A stretch of DNA of 63,247 bases, counting the filler, from Psammoneis japonica (lineage: Eukaryota), in assembly GCA_008632985.1 (NCBI GenBank). It is 4 parts of 4 records of this genome, joined end to end, with 100 filler letters (N's around TTAATTAATTAA, not from the genome) between each part and the next. Parts side by side here need not be neighbours in the genome. Positions count along the whole stretch, not along the records: positions 1 to 26,410 come from QPGO01000231.1; positions 26,511 to 40,286 come from QPGO01000243.1; 2 more parts are not named here. One strand, given 5' to 3'. Positions 24,121 to 37,149 of this stretch are shown piece after piece. Made by a program: the position numbers and the translations under genes. Positions within the stretch are counted from its first letter, which is position 1; each line of letters starts with the position of its first letter. The notes under the pieces were generated by a model. It did no database searches and was not told where the DNA came from. It worked only from the letters and a program-made list of their open reading frames with translations.

Positions 24121-24562
24121 CTAACTACGCACCTGGAATACCGGGACCAATGCCTGCTCCCGTGGCTTTTTCGTCAAACATCCTCTGCTTATCTCTTCGC
24201 TCATCTCAGTCGGAATTTCCGTCACTAGTAGGCATTCAGTTGTGAGAACCAATCCAGCCACACTGGCCGAGTTTTCAATGGCGTTAATAGTCACCTTGGC
24301 TGGGTTTATGACACCTCTCTCCATTAAGTCGCAGCATTCAAGGGTGGCAGCATCCCAGCACCAACCAAACTGCAAGGACAAAGGATAACGAGAAGATTCC
24401 GTGAGGATGCCTCATAACAATCTAGAGGGCGGCCGGATACAAAGACAACTTACTCCCTTTTCTTCCGTAAGAGATTGAATCTTGGCTAGAACCACGGCTC
24501 CTTCGATACCTGCATTCTCTGCAACTTGCATGGCAGAAGCCGACAATGCCTTGAAGAGAATC
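24121..24562 (-). pseudogene. cpn60: C-terminal fragment of chaperonin 60 (GroEL family), intron retained
   Basis: ILFKALSASAMQVAENAGIEGAVVLAKI, intron 24453-24370, then FGWCWDAATLECCDLMERGVINPAKVTINAIENSASVAGLVLTTEC. No upstream Cpn60 sequence is visible, and the conserved DP appears as NP. Confidence 0.85.
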
Positions 24563-25019
24563 AAGGTAGGGAATAGACTTCTTTGCCGAAAGTCAAAGTA
24601 GTCCGGGATATTAGCGTTTGCTGGTTGGTCCGAGCAGCTGCCTGGATGAGACGCGCTGTTGAGGGGAAGACTGCTCTTCCAGTCGGCAAAGCAATTGGCA
24701 AGACCTGCGTCAAAGCCGTTGAGAAGTAGGCTTCACGGTAATTCTGGCATTCGCCGACACAGTGAGTCCCTCATCTGAAATTACAATAGATACCAAGTCT
24801 TGAGGGCCCGCAGTTCTCACCAATTTGACGGACCTGAGAACAGTATTGCGAAAAGACGAAATAGCTAACTGCAGGGGCGGATCGCCTTTGCAATAGTGCC
24901 GCCGAACGTCCCAGCAGTGGGCTTTTGTGCCTAATGAGCGCAGCAAGCTCCACCCGCATACGATGCTAACGTTCGGCTCGATTATGAACAAGCAATTCAA
25001 CCAGCGCCGCAACCGTGGC

Positions 25020-25115
25020 TCTCGGTCTACCAAAGTAACTTTGTGGCCGGCAAGAAGAATCTCTGTTGCCAAGAGGGATCCATAGGAAGCACCGAGTATC
25101 AATACCATTGTACAA
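25020..25115 (-). pseudogene. Isolated N-terminal Rossmann-fold fragment
   Basis: VLILGASYGSLLATEILLAGHKVTLVDR is a beta-alpha-beta nucleotide-binding motif; the downstream frame does not continue as a recognisable domain. Confidence 0.55.
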
Positions 25116-25676
25116 TGTGACATCATGTTCCAAGGTGGCGTGTCATCGTCTTTGACAATCTCTGCTGGAAAGAGCATTTACTCGACCTAATACTGTATCA
25201 TACCGGTAGTCCCAATAGTCCCTTGGAGTTTCAGGTGAGGTTATCTTACAGCAAGATTAATGCTTTTCTCTTCATCGGATCTATTTTGCATTCGCCGTTA
25301 CGTGTTTGAATGAGTTGTTGAAGTTGTTGTTGCTCCATTTCTCATACCGCCATCGGCCATTGTGAATTGCGAAGACATCGACAGCATCGTCGTTCGACTA
25401 AATCAATGTTACAATCAATAATCATATGCTTCCTCGTAGTGTATAGAACGAGTGCACTACGTATCGTGTGCCAAATCGTTATCGTTACAGCGTCGCACTC
25501 GCCATTGAGGTGCATCCTTTGGACGCTGAGAATAAAGTGCCGATCGACAAATCAGCGAACGACGGTCAGTACACGATGAAGAAAAACACCGCACCGCATG
25601 TGAAATAATACGGTTACAAGTATTACACTTTGAAGCACCATCATACCTGGTAACCTTACACCGTCAGAACCGAACA

Positions 25677-26410
25677 ATGGATGATGGCAGCAGTGGAGAC
25701 GAGAGTGGCGATGATTCTTCCCATGACGTTTTGTCTTCGGAAGAGGAGGAGGAAGATTCATTGTTTGAAGACGAGGAGGACAAGAGCTCGCAGTTTCTGT
25801 ACGAATTGACAGATCGAATCGCTTTATTTGGCGATTCGAAATGGGCGCTTTCCATGGCATTTGCTGTACTTCTTGTTGCAGTGGCTGTAGCTATTGTAAC
25901 CAACGATGATGAGCTTTTTCATGCATTCGAGACCCGGCTAAAATACCGAGCTCCCCTGGGCAAGGCCCCAGAAATTGATGATCCAATCATACATAATGCG
26001 ACTGTAGGAAGTGGGAAGCTAGTTACGAACGATATCAGATCCGCCTATGCAAAAGATGGTGTCGTTGCTATCAGGGGCCTATTGACGGACGATATGCTTC
26101 TACGACTAGAACATGCTTCTGCCCAGCTCGTTAGTGAGCAACGCATTGTTGACGAGAAGCGGAATCAGAAACGATCCAATACACAGTTTCACATGGTTCG
26201 AATGGGAGCTGCTTTTCTTGATCCTCCATCTTCAAATGACGAAACGGTGAAATAGGAAAGGACAATGTCGGACCTTCTGACGATGAGAACAAAGCCGCGA
26301 TTTATCTGCATTCAGAGAAGTGGCTCTCACCTCTGCTGTACCAGAGTTTGCGGCTGATCTTCTGGCTTATCAACTGAACAAACCAAACCCTGCGCCTAAT
26401 GAGGACGAAA
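25677..26410 (+). CDS. Partial membrane-anchored PhyH-like (Fe/2OG dioxygenase) protein, truncated by contig linker
   Basis: Acidic N-terminus, TM helix WALSMAFAVLLVAVAVAIV and IRSAYAKDGVVAIRGLL (typical PhyH N-terminal motif). Frame breaks near 26250. Catalytic HxD not seen before the gap. Confidence 0.55.
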
Positions 26411-26510
26411 NNNNNNNNNNNNNNNNNNNNNNNNNNNNNNNNNNNNNNNNNNNNTTAATTAATTAANNNNNNNNNNNNNNNNNNNNNNNNNNNNNNNNNN
26501 NNNNNNNNNN
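26411..26510. other. Artificial contig linker 44N-TTAATTAATTAA-44N
   Basis: Exactly 100 nt with a six-frame-stop 12-mer; identical at 40287-40386 and 59519-59618. Confidence 0.97.
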
Positions 26511-29500
26511 CATGGCTGTCACCAACAAGATGTAGCCTTTGGCTCCCATGTCGTTTCACCGCTTCCGGCAAGCCTCAGTTTGGACGATGGGGAACAGCTT
26601 ATGCTTTGTTCTCAGTGCAAGGATTTCTATGACGCGGATCAGTTTTGTCCCAATTGCGCACACATTTGGGACGATGTCAAGTACCAAAAGGTACAAAGAA
26701 GGATGCGTTGGAAGCGTAAAACATCGAAGTCTCGTCGAGGCAGAAAGCGGCAGTCGGCGGAGGGCGACGATGATGATTCAGATGTGTCTCTTGCGGAACC
26801 TATTGTAGAATTTTCACGTTCACGCGCTCTTGCCGAGACCTCTTGGTATTATCCCGAGTCTACCATATGGGGATTCAATGAAGGTGCCATGTTGATTTGT
26901 GATGGATGCAAACTTTGGGTGCACGCGGGTTGTGCAAACTTGTCTCGGGAAGAGTATGAACGCACAAGCAATGGCGACCATCCCATTTACAGCAAGGAGT
27001 TTCTGTGTCGTGTGTGCTGCAGGAAACGAACCAAAGACATTATCCGTGCGCTACAAAAGGAAGATACCATGCATCTCTTTGCCATGCCTGTGAGTCTGGC
27101 ACAAGCTCCCAATTACCACGATGTGATCAAGAACCCCATGGATCTAGCAACAATGCTGCAGCGAGCCGAAGAAGAGGAATACCACAATTATGCGTGGGTT
27201 AGAGAGTTGTTTGAGTTGATGGTATTAAATGCACTCACATTTAACAACCATAACTCCAAGTATTGGCAAGAAGCTAAGCGTTTTTACCGTGAGTGCATGA
27301 AGAACGTATTCAAGACTTTGGGCAAGGCAGCTCCGCCCGGCGATTATGATGCAAAACTGCAAGAAAATTTTGTCGAAGCGAAACGAGCCATTGAGGAGGA
27401 GGTCGAGCGAGTTCAGCAAGATGACACGACCGAAAAGAAAGATCTCGTCGCTGGATCCGATGTTGCAACCATTGTGCTGCCACCACTTGCTCAAGCGGCC
27501 GATCCTCCGTCCTGTCTCATGTTTGCCGACCTTCAGCTGAAACCTGTGGAGGCTTTCTACACATCTTGGATGGAGTGTTGTTTTACTTGCGGATCGAGCG
27601 GTGCTTCTGATACAATGTTGTTCTGTGTAGACTGTGGGGAAGCGTTTCATTCGTTTTGCGTGAACGCCCCTATTCATAGTATGAAACAATCTTCAGTTTC
27701 ATCCTGGCGATGTACCAACTGCAAAGGTGAGAAACTGCCTCCGATTCTGTGTATTTTGATGTTGCAATCTTCTGACGCTAACCGTTTTCGCAGTTTGTCA
27801 GATATCTGGAGACGTCCCGAAGAACGAATTAGATATGTTGTATTGCGAAATGTGTGACCGTGCTTTCTCATTAGATTTGCTCGACCCACCACTGAAAGCT
27901 GCCCCACCGGGTCTTTGGATTTGCGGACAATGCGTCGACTGCCAAACTTGTGGAAACAGAAGCGAGAAACGTGGCGTTAGCCTCAAGTATTGGTCGAGAG
28001 ATCCTCAGAAATGCTATCGTTGTGGTGGTTGCAAGGGCCTTGTCGAGAAGTCCACAAAGGGTATGAAATGTGTTGTGTGTACAAAACTCTGGCGAACGGA
28101 TGACAAAGACTTGGTAGAATGCTCTTCTTGCAATTCGAGGGTGCACTTGAGATGTGATGGCAAAGCTAGTGACTTTGTAAAACAGAAGACAAAGGCAGCG
28201 ATGCGCCAAGGGGCTGGCTTCACGGAGGAGTTAAAGGTAATTGAACGAGTGGGAATTATGTGCATCCGTCGTCATCATCGACAGTCGTCTTATCATGCGT
28301 CGTTTCTTTGTTGTAGTACGAATGCCCGTTGTGCCGAAAGAAGCAAGGCGGTGACGCTGCGGTGGGAATGGCGTTGCGAAAACAGTTAGATGATCAAGCA
28401 TGGCTTGTGATTCTCAAAGGTATCTTATCTCCGCACATGAATTATTCCTTTGTTGAGTTACACTCAGCGCTGTCCAACGAAATGGACTGGAAGATACGCA
28501 ATATGTGGCGCGACGAGTACAGGGGTGTTGTCAAGGAGGCGTTGCGCACACTATTAAAGTTTGAAGAGACGCATGGTAACACCGCAGAAATTGTCGAAAA
28601 GTGTTTGTCAGGAAAGCTCGGTCTCCCGAGGTGGATGGGGAATCGTGCCGCTCGTTTCATCCGCCGAGTGAAGCGGTCCCGCTGGGACGTGGATTCGTTT
28701 CCTAAAAAAGACATTCAAACTGTCGTTGTTGTAGCGAAGCTAGCTGCCTCCTTCCTGTCCGTCGTCTATCGCTCGATGAATTCGGATATGAAGACGAACT
28801 TGAAGTGCTACCGCAGACTCGTGAGACTGATCGAAAGCGTCCCTGATGGATCTTCTGGTTTTGCAGACCTGCCAGTCGACTTCTTGCGATACGAAGGAAA
28901 CAAAAACATCATTCAAGAAGACGAGTGGAAGGCAAGAATCGAATCGAAAACGCGAGCCGAACTGGCCAACGGCGATCCAGTAGTTCTGCAAGAGAGTGCC
29001 CTGTCTCGCGGAAGTGGTGGTGCCTTTGGAATCTCGTCATTCTCCGGTGTGAAGGAGTCTTGCAGTATTTTACCAGTGAACCGGTTTTAGGGTGGAACGA
29101 TCATATTCGAGGAGATGATACACGGCATCAATGGAGGGACCCTCGCTACTGTTGCTTGTGCCGAACGTGTGGAGATGACGACGCGGGCTATCCGCTCGCT
29201 GCAGACGGATCTAGTCCTTCTCAGGATGAGGGAGGGAACAAACTTCTTCAGGGTACTAGTATAAGTCGCGTCGGTCGGTTGCTTCCAATGTCTTCCGGGC
29301 TGTGGGTGCATGCTTCGTGTGCTCTCTGGAGTTCCGAGGTGTATGAAGATGCAGCAACGGGTATTATCCACGCAATGGACAAAGCTAGATCACGTGGTTC
29401 TCAGTTGAAATGCTTCGGATGTGGGCGATACGGAGCAACAGTCGGCTGCTTTAAAGCCAACTGCAACAGCAACTTCCATTTGCCCTGTGCAAAGGCTTGC

Positions 29501-30959
29501 GGAGCGGTGTTTACCAACAAGCAACAAATGTTTTGCGCCCAACACAAGCACCACGCTACTGATTTGGCGGAACGTGAAAGCTTTGAGTTCATGTCCACGC
29601 TAAAGGTCGCAAGCGAAAAGAAGGTGGCAATCGACAAAGAATCGAGTGAGCTAAGTGATAGAGCATGTGCCCTCGCGTCGGGGCACTCGTCGTCCATTCA
29701 ATGGGATCTATTGAGCAAAAATGCGATGGATTTCACGACAAGAAATACATTTACCCACCCGGTTATGTAGCGTCTCGGATATTTTGGTCTGTCGCACTCC
29801 AAAGACTCGAACGGTTTACGTTTTAAAGATTGACCGAACGCTGAGGGCGACCCCGTGTATTCCATCACTCCCGGGGACGATCCAAAAGGAGTTATTCGTG
29901 GACGATCTGCTGATAGGTGCTACGAGGTGCTCATGGATCGAGTAAAGCACACAAACCGCGACCACTTTTCTCATGGCGACATGTTTTCAGAGCTACCAAT
30001 GGTCAGGAAAAGCAAGAAAGCAGTGTACGGCCTCAATGGTCCACAGGTATGTCTTTTTCTGTTGCTCACTTCCGTTCCAAGTTGAGCTTCTTCCCGTGAA
30101 AACTTATCCGTCTCTCTTTTCGATTTTGTAGTTCTTTGGGTTTGGACTGAACACCATTCGCAAAGCCTTGGAAGCAAGTCCCGGAATCGAGGCGCTAGTT
30201 GCGCCGCTGTCGGAGACGTCTCCGTCGTATCGGTTTTGCTTTGTCCAGCCGTCGATTGAGTCCGTCAGGATTTGCAAAGAAAACGCGCTGCGGCAGCCGC
30301 AGAGTTGGCCTTGGAGAACGCGAGTGGCTGTGCACGAACCGAAGGAATGAAGGCTGTAGCAAGAAGTGGGGGTAGCGGTCGCATTACTCGCGCTCTTGTA
30401 CGTAGCGCGAAGAAGAGACGCCGTGGAGGCTGGAAGGGACGGAAAGACTCCGCAGGAGCAGTCCAAGGCAGACCGAATGTCAAACCAGGTCAAGTATCGT
30501 GAAATGAAGTCTGTTCCAATGGATCAGCGTTTGGTGGCGAGGAGGTCGCACATTCACGGGTGGGGTCTCTTTACAAAGATTGATTTGAAGAAGCACGCCA
30601 TGATTGTGGAATACATGGGTGAAGCGATTCGTCAGTGCGTTGCTGATAAACGAGAGAAAGCGTACGAAAAGGCTGGAGTTGGAAGCTGCTATATGTTTCG
30701 ACTGGACTTGCAGCGGATTGTGGATGCAACCATGATAGGATGCATGGCACGCTTTATGAATCACTGCTGTCAGTCGAATGCATATGCAAAGGTCATTACG
30801 GTAGACACCGACACGGGGCCAGACAAGAAAATTGTAGTGTTTGCCAATCGGGACATTGTCGCTGGAGAGGAAATTACATACGACTACAAGTTCCCGGTAG
30901 AAGATGGCAGTCTCAAGTGTACTTGCGGTGCACCGAATTGCATCGGACGCATGAATTAG
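26511..30959 (+). CDS. Trithorax/MLL-like histone H3K4 methyltransferase (PHD, bromodomain, PHDs, ePHD, FYRN/FYRC, SET, post-SET); 5' end missing
   Basis: PHD CDGCKLWVHAGC; bromodomain APNYHDVIKNPMDL...NALTFN; PHDs CFTCGSSG...CVDCGEAFHSFC; ePHD WVHASCALWSSEV...FHLPCA; FYRN IYPPGYVASRIFWS; FYRC GPQFFGFG; SGCARTEG; SET SHIHGWGLF, ARFMNHCC, EEITYDYKF; post-SET CTCGAPNCIGRMN. Introns 27727-27793, 28237-28316 and 30047-30131. Several 1-nt frameshifts. Confidence 0.92.
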
Positions 30960-31126
30960 AAAGGGGGTGTTAACATTATTTAGTGTAGGGATTGAGATTG
31001 CGTTCTTTGTACCGGTATGTGGAACTCCCAATCGCCGCAGCACAAAGAAGGAGCACCTCTGTAGAAGCTAAACCTCTTATCGACGACAGGGTGCTAAAGA
31101 CTAGTTTCTTTGCCTTTCTTATTTTA

Positions 31127-32652
31127 TCAAAATCCAAGATCGTTCGCATGAAGCACGGTCTTTAAACTAACGCGCATGTACTTTGGAGTCTGGTATTTGG
31201 CGTGTGCACTCTTGAGCTGGGATTCTTCTGCCTGTTGGTGACACTTGTGAATGGCCAAGACCGTCTCTTGCAAATCTTGTTGGGAGTAGCCCGAATAGTA
31301 CTCGAGCGTCTTGGTCCAAAAGTCGTCCATTCCCAGAGTTGCTCTGGCCAGATAGACGGCAGACGCAGCAATCAAGCTCGGTGGCGTATTGATAACCTTG
31401 TACGATAGCAGACTGAGCTCCAGTAGGTATTGAACAAGGGTTTCAAGAGTGGATTGACACCCCACTGGCACGAAGGTACTCGTGCAGATAGTCAATAGGG
31501 GTGACGTGCCAGAGATGAAATTCCAGAGCGGCGCAAACGTCCAGCTCCATATCAGTGATCTGCTGCCTCGAGTAGGAACTGTCGGAAATGTAGACAAAGT
31601 CGTCGACTGATGGGGCTCGATCTCTTCGATTTTACAGGCAATCCACATGCAAGAACTGATAAAAAAGAGGCTGTGAGACTTTCTGGTTTTGTTTGTTCAA
31701 AGACAAACTCTCAAGTTACAATTTTCACTCACCATCCTAGACACTGTAGTGTTTCTCTCTCGACAACCAGTCCGCACTTGTCCTTGTTTGCGGCTGTCTT
31801 GGCCAGACTCTTGTCGACGAGCGTCACGGCGAGCTGAAGCGTCCTGGTTGTAGTTTGTACTCTTCAGCAAGTTCAATGAGCCAATCCGTAAGAATGGCTC
31901 TCATATCCGGCGTCAAGTCCTGCCCATGTTGTTCTGATTGCTCTTACAGCAAGCGAGGGCGGCGCCTCTCGAGACTTTGTGTGCTTGGAGAATTCCCAGC
32001 CATACGACGACAGGTATGAATGAGTGGTGTCCGTGTGATGAGTATTACCGTGACCACCACAATTGCATACACTGTGTTTCGAGCCGTCCTTAGGGTACAA
32101 GTCAACTACTCCCTCGGGAACTGGCGGACGTTCCTCTGGCTCAAGGTTCGTCACGCGGATGCTGCTGTTGCTCTTGGGCTTGTTGGAAGATTTCGAACGT
32201 GTCGAATCCGTTGTATCAGTCGATTTCACAGAGTCATCGTCCCGCAACGGAAGCAAGGCCTTTATGGTGGGAGTTGGTGTCACGGTTGCGTCTTCTGTAG
32301 TCTTGACCATAAAGCGAGGAGAGGAGGAAGAAGTAGCGTCTATGGATCGTACCTTTGCATCAGCAGCAGCTCGTTGCTTTCGTTGTCTTTTCGCGTTTGT
32401 AACATCGGCTAGAGGAGCCGCTCGTTTCTTGGTAGAAGCCCCGTTTGTAGCTTCGGAAGATGAAGTATCTTCAGAAGAACAACTGGGGGGAGAGGAAGAA
32501 GTTTCGGAAGTAGCAGCGACTGGATCTTGTATGCTCTCGACAGCTGCGGCGTACGGCAGCGACTCGTGGCTGCTGTCGTTGTTTTGCAAACGAGCAGATC
32601 GTCGCAAAGGTGGCTTGCAACTCTTATCGACCGCTCTACTCTGTAACGTCAT
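31127..32652 (-). CDS. A/B-type mitotic cyclin; 2 exons, several 1-nt frameshifts
   Basis: Cyclin box [24 protein letters not shown] (intron 31732-31656) [13 protein letters not shown]-terminal [22 protein letters not shown] and [13 protein letters not shown]-box-like [10 protein letters not shown] in a disordered N-terminus. Confidence 0.88.
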
Positions 32653-32863
32653 TGTGATTCTCTGTAGATACAATAAGGAGAGATAAAGAGGAGAGTAATG
32701 TAGAGTAGCAGCGTCGACAGCAACAACAGCGTCGATGCCTGGTTTTGTGTGTGTTGCTTCAAAAAGTGACGAGAAAAAATTGGTCGATCGTGAGATCGAC
32801 GTAGGATCTACGTGGGTTCTCGTATCTGTAATAAAATGTACCGGAAGCACGTGGGTTTGTACG

Positions 32864-32873
32864 TGGCGCGCCA
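32864..32873. promoter_or_regulatory. Candidate palindromic E2F-type site TGGCGCGCCA upstream of the cyclin
   Basis: Perfect 10-bp palindrome ~210 bp upstream of the cyclin ATG, next to CACGTG/ACGTGG boxes. Motif match only. Confidence 0.35.
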
Positions 32874-33308
32874 ATCTCACAACGGTCCGACCATCGCCCG
32901 TCACTCTTTGTTTGGCGCACTTACTCCTCTTCTTGGGACGCGCACAACGCGCTTAAAACGGAATGTGGAATGACGGTACTGTACATAGGGTGTGCTTTCA
33001 CGTCACGCTTTTCTTTGTGGGACATCATGACTGAAGATCAAAATTCATGCAACCATGAATGAAACGCTCCACGGTACACGGTACGGTGCACTGCGTAAAG
33101 CACACGATCCAGCCACGTCCCTGCTCCACGCTGTCGGTCAGTTTTTGAAGCAAAGTCGTAGTCTGCTTCTCTCACAACATCTAGAAACACTGGCTTGTCT
33201 TTCCAGTGCGAGACTTGATCTCCTCAGCTGCTTTCAAGCAAGACACGCTTCGTTCTGTTTTTCCATCAATCAAGTGCAAGAGACAGAAGAAATCAACAAA
33301 AAGTCAAG

Positions 33309-33680
33309 ATGCCTCCATCCCCTGAATGTTTTGCGAAAGTCATTGTTGTCAACAACAGTTCTCGTTGTGTTCCTGACTTCCAAATTCGAACTTACGAAAA
33401 CATGGAAGAACGCAACCGGCGTATTTTACAAAGTATGGGAGAGGAATTTCCAGAACGTCATTTGGGATGGGAGTTGCTCGGAAAGGGGGGACCTTTGGCA
33501 CCTGGCGAATCCATCGAGATGGTCTACAACAAGTACCACTTTGAGCAACGCTTTATTATTTCTGAGGAATTCATGGAGGGCGGCAAGCAGAAGCACACAG
33601 GTTGCTACATCAAGGACGTCAATGGAGCAGAGGAACGCGTTGTATTTATCGACTGCAAGGAAGACGAAGATGACAAGTAG
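33309..33680 (+). CDS. Small hypothetical protein (123 aa)
   Basis: ATG-initiated ORF with globular-like composition, divergent from the cyclin, in a region of normal dinucleotide content. No recognised domain. Confidence 0.55.
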   Translation: MPPSPECFAKVIVVNNSSRCVPDFQIRTYENMEERNRRILQSMGEEFPERHLGWELLGKGGPLAPGESIEMVYNKYHFEQRFIISEEFMEGGKQKHTGCYIKDVNGAEERVVFIDCKEDEDDK

Positions 33681-34299
33681 GGCCCTACGGTTTCTAATTT
33701 CTCCTCGAAGGTGGCGATAGACGAGGTAGGAGTAGCAGTCGTAGAATACTAGTAAGAATACTAGCAGAGCTATACTTGAGAACGCGCAAGATATAAGTAT
33801 GACTTATTCGTGAAATCACTAAAGCATGTCATCAAATTGCATATTTGCAGCCTTTTGAGCAACATTTTTGTTCTGGTTACGACAAGTTACGAGTGAAATT
33901 CCAGTCCACCATTCCTTGCAACGGCGAATGATGCTTCAAGTACAATACACCACGGCGCACAATGACTGTAACACTTATTGGCTGTTTTATATACCCCAAA
34001 AAGCTTTCAACAGGCTGGAAATATGTTAACCGGGCAGATAATCATAATGTTGGTTTGTGAAGACTCATCACCCTTTACATGGGTTGAATGCAAATCTGGT
34101 GAAGGTCGTCGCGAGACTTGTTGCTCCTTGAGGATTTGAGTGGTAATGACGATATCGACAATTACTTCTTCTCCTCCAGCGGCGACAACTCTATTGAATG
34201 AGCAACACATACTGTACCTGCTTCCGCTCGGTCAAGATTCAAACTGGAGAGTAACGCCTACATCCTATGTCTATTGCATAGCGAAAATCGTCGTAACTC

Positions 34300-36150
34300 T
34301 TCTTTTTTAATTCGATTCTTCCCAGATTTCCTTACGCTGTTGTCGCAGCATTGCCGCACTTGCTTGCACTAGAAAGAAATCTTCATTCTCATTATCCCGA
34401 TTCGAATTGTCCAAGTGCAGCATTGTCATGTGGCATTCGAGACATTCTAGGACAACCAACAATCGTTCACGTGTTCCAGGTGCATTTAGGAGCAGCTGTC
34501 AGAAAACGGGTGTTTGTTCGACACAGGAGTTTCGATGGCTCAACATCAAGGAATTCCACCTCAGGTGGCATTGAACATAAAACTTCTTCCATTCTTGCGG
34601 TCCAAGGGGACAACATAGAAACTGAGCCTGGCTTTGAAAATGGATTCCTTGCTTGCCATTCGTGTCTGACTTGCTCAAAAGCTTCCTCTGGAATTTTCTC
34701 TAAGGTCCAATTGATCTCTTTCCAATTTGCAAGTGACAGGCTCACCATCTGTCCACCATTTTGCCGGGAGGCCATCTGCATTGCAAAAAAAGGTTCTCTG
34801 GGCTGCCACATGTTCAATTCAACAACAGCTCAAGCCAGGGATGCAGTGAAATCAGGATCAGACTCATGCAAAATCCTTGCATGAAGGGGTGGCCTGCTTT
34901 CTCCTTTGCAGGAAACCTCAGTTCCACACTGCTCTCACCAACTCAATGAGGGCAGCAATGGACAAAGATTTCATCTGGCCAGATCTGCAGCACACCAACT
35001 GGTGCATGACAGCTGCTCTAAATGTTTTCTGCTGATCATGGTTGTTGTGTTCTCAAAGCCAAATGATGTGGACACAATTTGTGCATTTAAAATGTGAAAT
35101 GTGCACCTTGCTTGCTGTGCTGCACAAGCCATTGAGCATGTTTTCATGACATCAGATCTGGCTGAAGTTGGCTCTTCATTTCTGGCAATTTCACTCAGCA
35201 AAGAGCACTTGCTCAACAGTGGTGCAGCTTGAGCCTTGCGTGGAACATCCGCGCCGCTGTCCACCCCTCATTTGCCTGCTGTCCACCCCTTTTTTCACAC
35301 TGGCACATTTTAAATTTCACCCTGTTGCATGCCCACTTGCTGCAATCCAAATCATGCTTCCATGTGCCTGTGCCAATGTCTTTTCTGGTGGCACAGCCAA
35401 CATCTGCCATGCATGCACCTTTGATCTCTTTGATTTTGTCATCATCCCAGAGCTCAAGATGCTCCATGTTCTTGGGAAGAGATGACTTGCATGACATGCC
35501 TTGCTCTGCACATGTGGCAATTGGTGCCCTTCCAAATGCAAGCCCTGTTGACAAAAGGAACATGAACCCAAATGCGTGCTTCTTGCATCTGCATGCTTGA
35601 GAGCTGTGTGGTTCTCCAGGATTGTGGAGGACAGCCCCAAGAGCAAGATTGACGGGGAGGAAGAGCTTGTTCATGGCAAGGATTTGGTTCACAGCAAGTG
35701 TGGGTGAGACAAATGAGTGAGGGCATCTTCCATGTCGTGCACATTCACACAATGTTGCAAAACAGCTGTGCAGCACATCTTTTTTCCTGTGTGCCACAAG
35801 CTGCTCAGCTCTGCACTCAGAATGGGCTTGCATTTCTGCTCACAGTGCACTGTGCGTGCCTTTGATGCATCCTCAAATCTGAGCATCCCTCCTGCAATGT
35901 TGCTTCTGCAGGACATGATGCACTCTTTTCTTTTTTTTCCTGCTGTGCACGGGCTTGTGCAAAGAGGAGCAGCATGTGCAAATGTGCAGCACAGCACAAC
36001 AGACACATTGTGTGCAGCAGGGTTTGCCATGCACGTGCTGGCGCACATTTTTTTGTGATTTTTTTGCCACATGGGCCTGTCACAAGTGCTGCTGAAAACA
36101 GACAAAAATGATGCCCTCTCTTAACAGACAAAAGTGCAGTGTGCAGTGTG
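34300..36150 (-). pseudogene. Degenerate unknown coding region with a gradient of CpG/TpA erosion
   Basis: Protein-like minus-strand fragments (e.g. NWKEINWTLEKIPEEAFEQVRHEW; MWQKNHKKMC). CG/TA are common near 34300 and nearly absent beyond ~34850. Confidence 0.35.
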
Positions 36151-37149
36151 GGATGCAAAAAATGACAGCACAGATTTTTTCACCACTAACTCATGTGCAT
36201 GCACAGTGCCTGAGCACCCATCGTCCCTCTGCCCCCCCATCCACCCATGTGTCTGCTGTGTTGGTTGTGTCTGAGCTGTGCTGTGACAATGAACATTGTT
36301 CCCACATGGTGTGTGCACCACATTGTAGTGAGTTGATCCTGCCCTCTGCTGGAGAGTAGCACCAACAAGTGGAAAACACTTGGGGACATTGACTTGTTGC
36401 TGGAAAGCAGTGCAATGTGGAAAAATGGAGGGGGGGGGGGGGGCAGCAAATGCTGGCTTTTTTGCTGTCAAGCAACAACCAGTGTGTGCTCCAGTTCTAA
36501 GTGGGACCTCTCACTGGCAGAGCTGGACTGTGACATGACATGGAAGTTTTTTGTCTTGTGCCGCATGTCACACTCACACATTTCCACATGGTTTTGACAG
36601 CATTTTGCATCATGTTGCAGTGCTGCCATTGGGCTGTCCATTGAACAATTTTTGACATTTCTTGCAGAGCAGTTTGCAATTGTCTTGGTGCCAAATGGGT
36701 GGCTGCACTGTGTGTGGCACAGAAATGTTTTTCTGCGCCATTGCAGAAATTCATGTTTTGGCTCTGATCACCATGTGACATGTCCCTCAGATCATTGTGG
36801 TGGCACAAACAAATGGATTTTTTTTTTGTGTGTCAGTGCCTCTTGAAAGTTTTGCATTTTCTTGCAATGACATGAGACAAATGTGGCAAAAATGCTGGTG
36901 GGCGGTGTTGCAGTGACCAAATTGCCCCATGCCTTTGCAGAAGAATTTGAGCTGGGAAGAGCAAGAGTCAACAAATGACCCACCACCAGCCAGACAGTCA
37001 CAGAACCAAGTCTCTCATGTGCAGGAAAGAACATTGTTGGCCACACTTGTCCATTTGTGAAGCCAGAGCACAAGGATTTGTGCAGCAATGAGATTTTGGT
37101 CATGTGTGAGTGGAGGGAACAATTGTGGTGTTTGTTTTTGTCAAACGAA

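Noticed and set aside
26455..26466. TTAATTAATTAA palindrome recurring three times (also 40331 and 59563)
   Set aside because: Centred in exact 100-nt N pads; an assembly linker. Adjacency across these points is unverified.
26511..32652. Multiple frameshifts in the SET and cyclin genes (also USP and DnaG) suggesting pseudogenes or programmed frameshifting
   Set aside because: Those I could localise are 1-nt indels in short homopolymers, and the motifs are otherwise intact; sequencing error is the simpler explanation.
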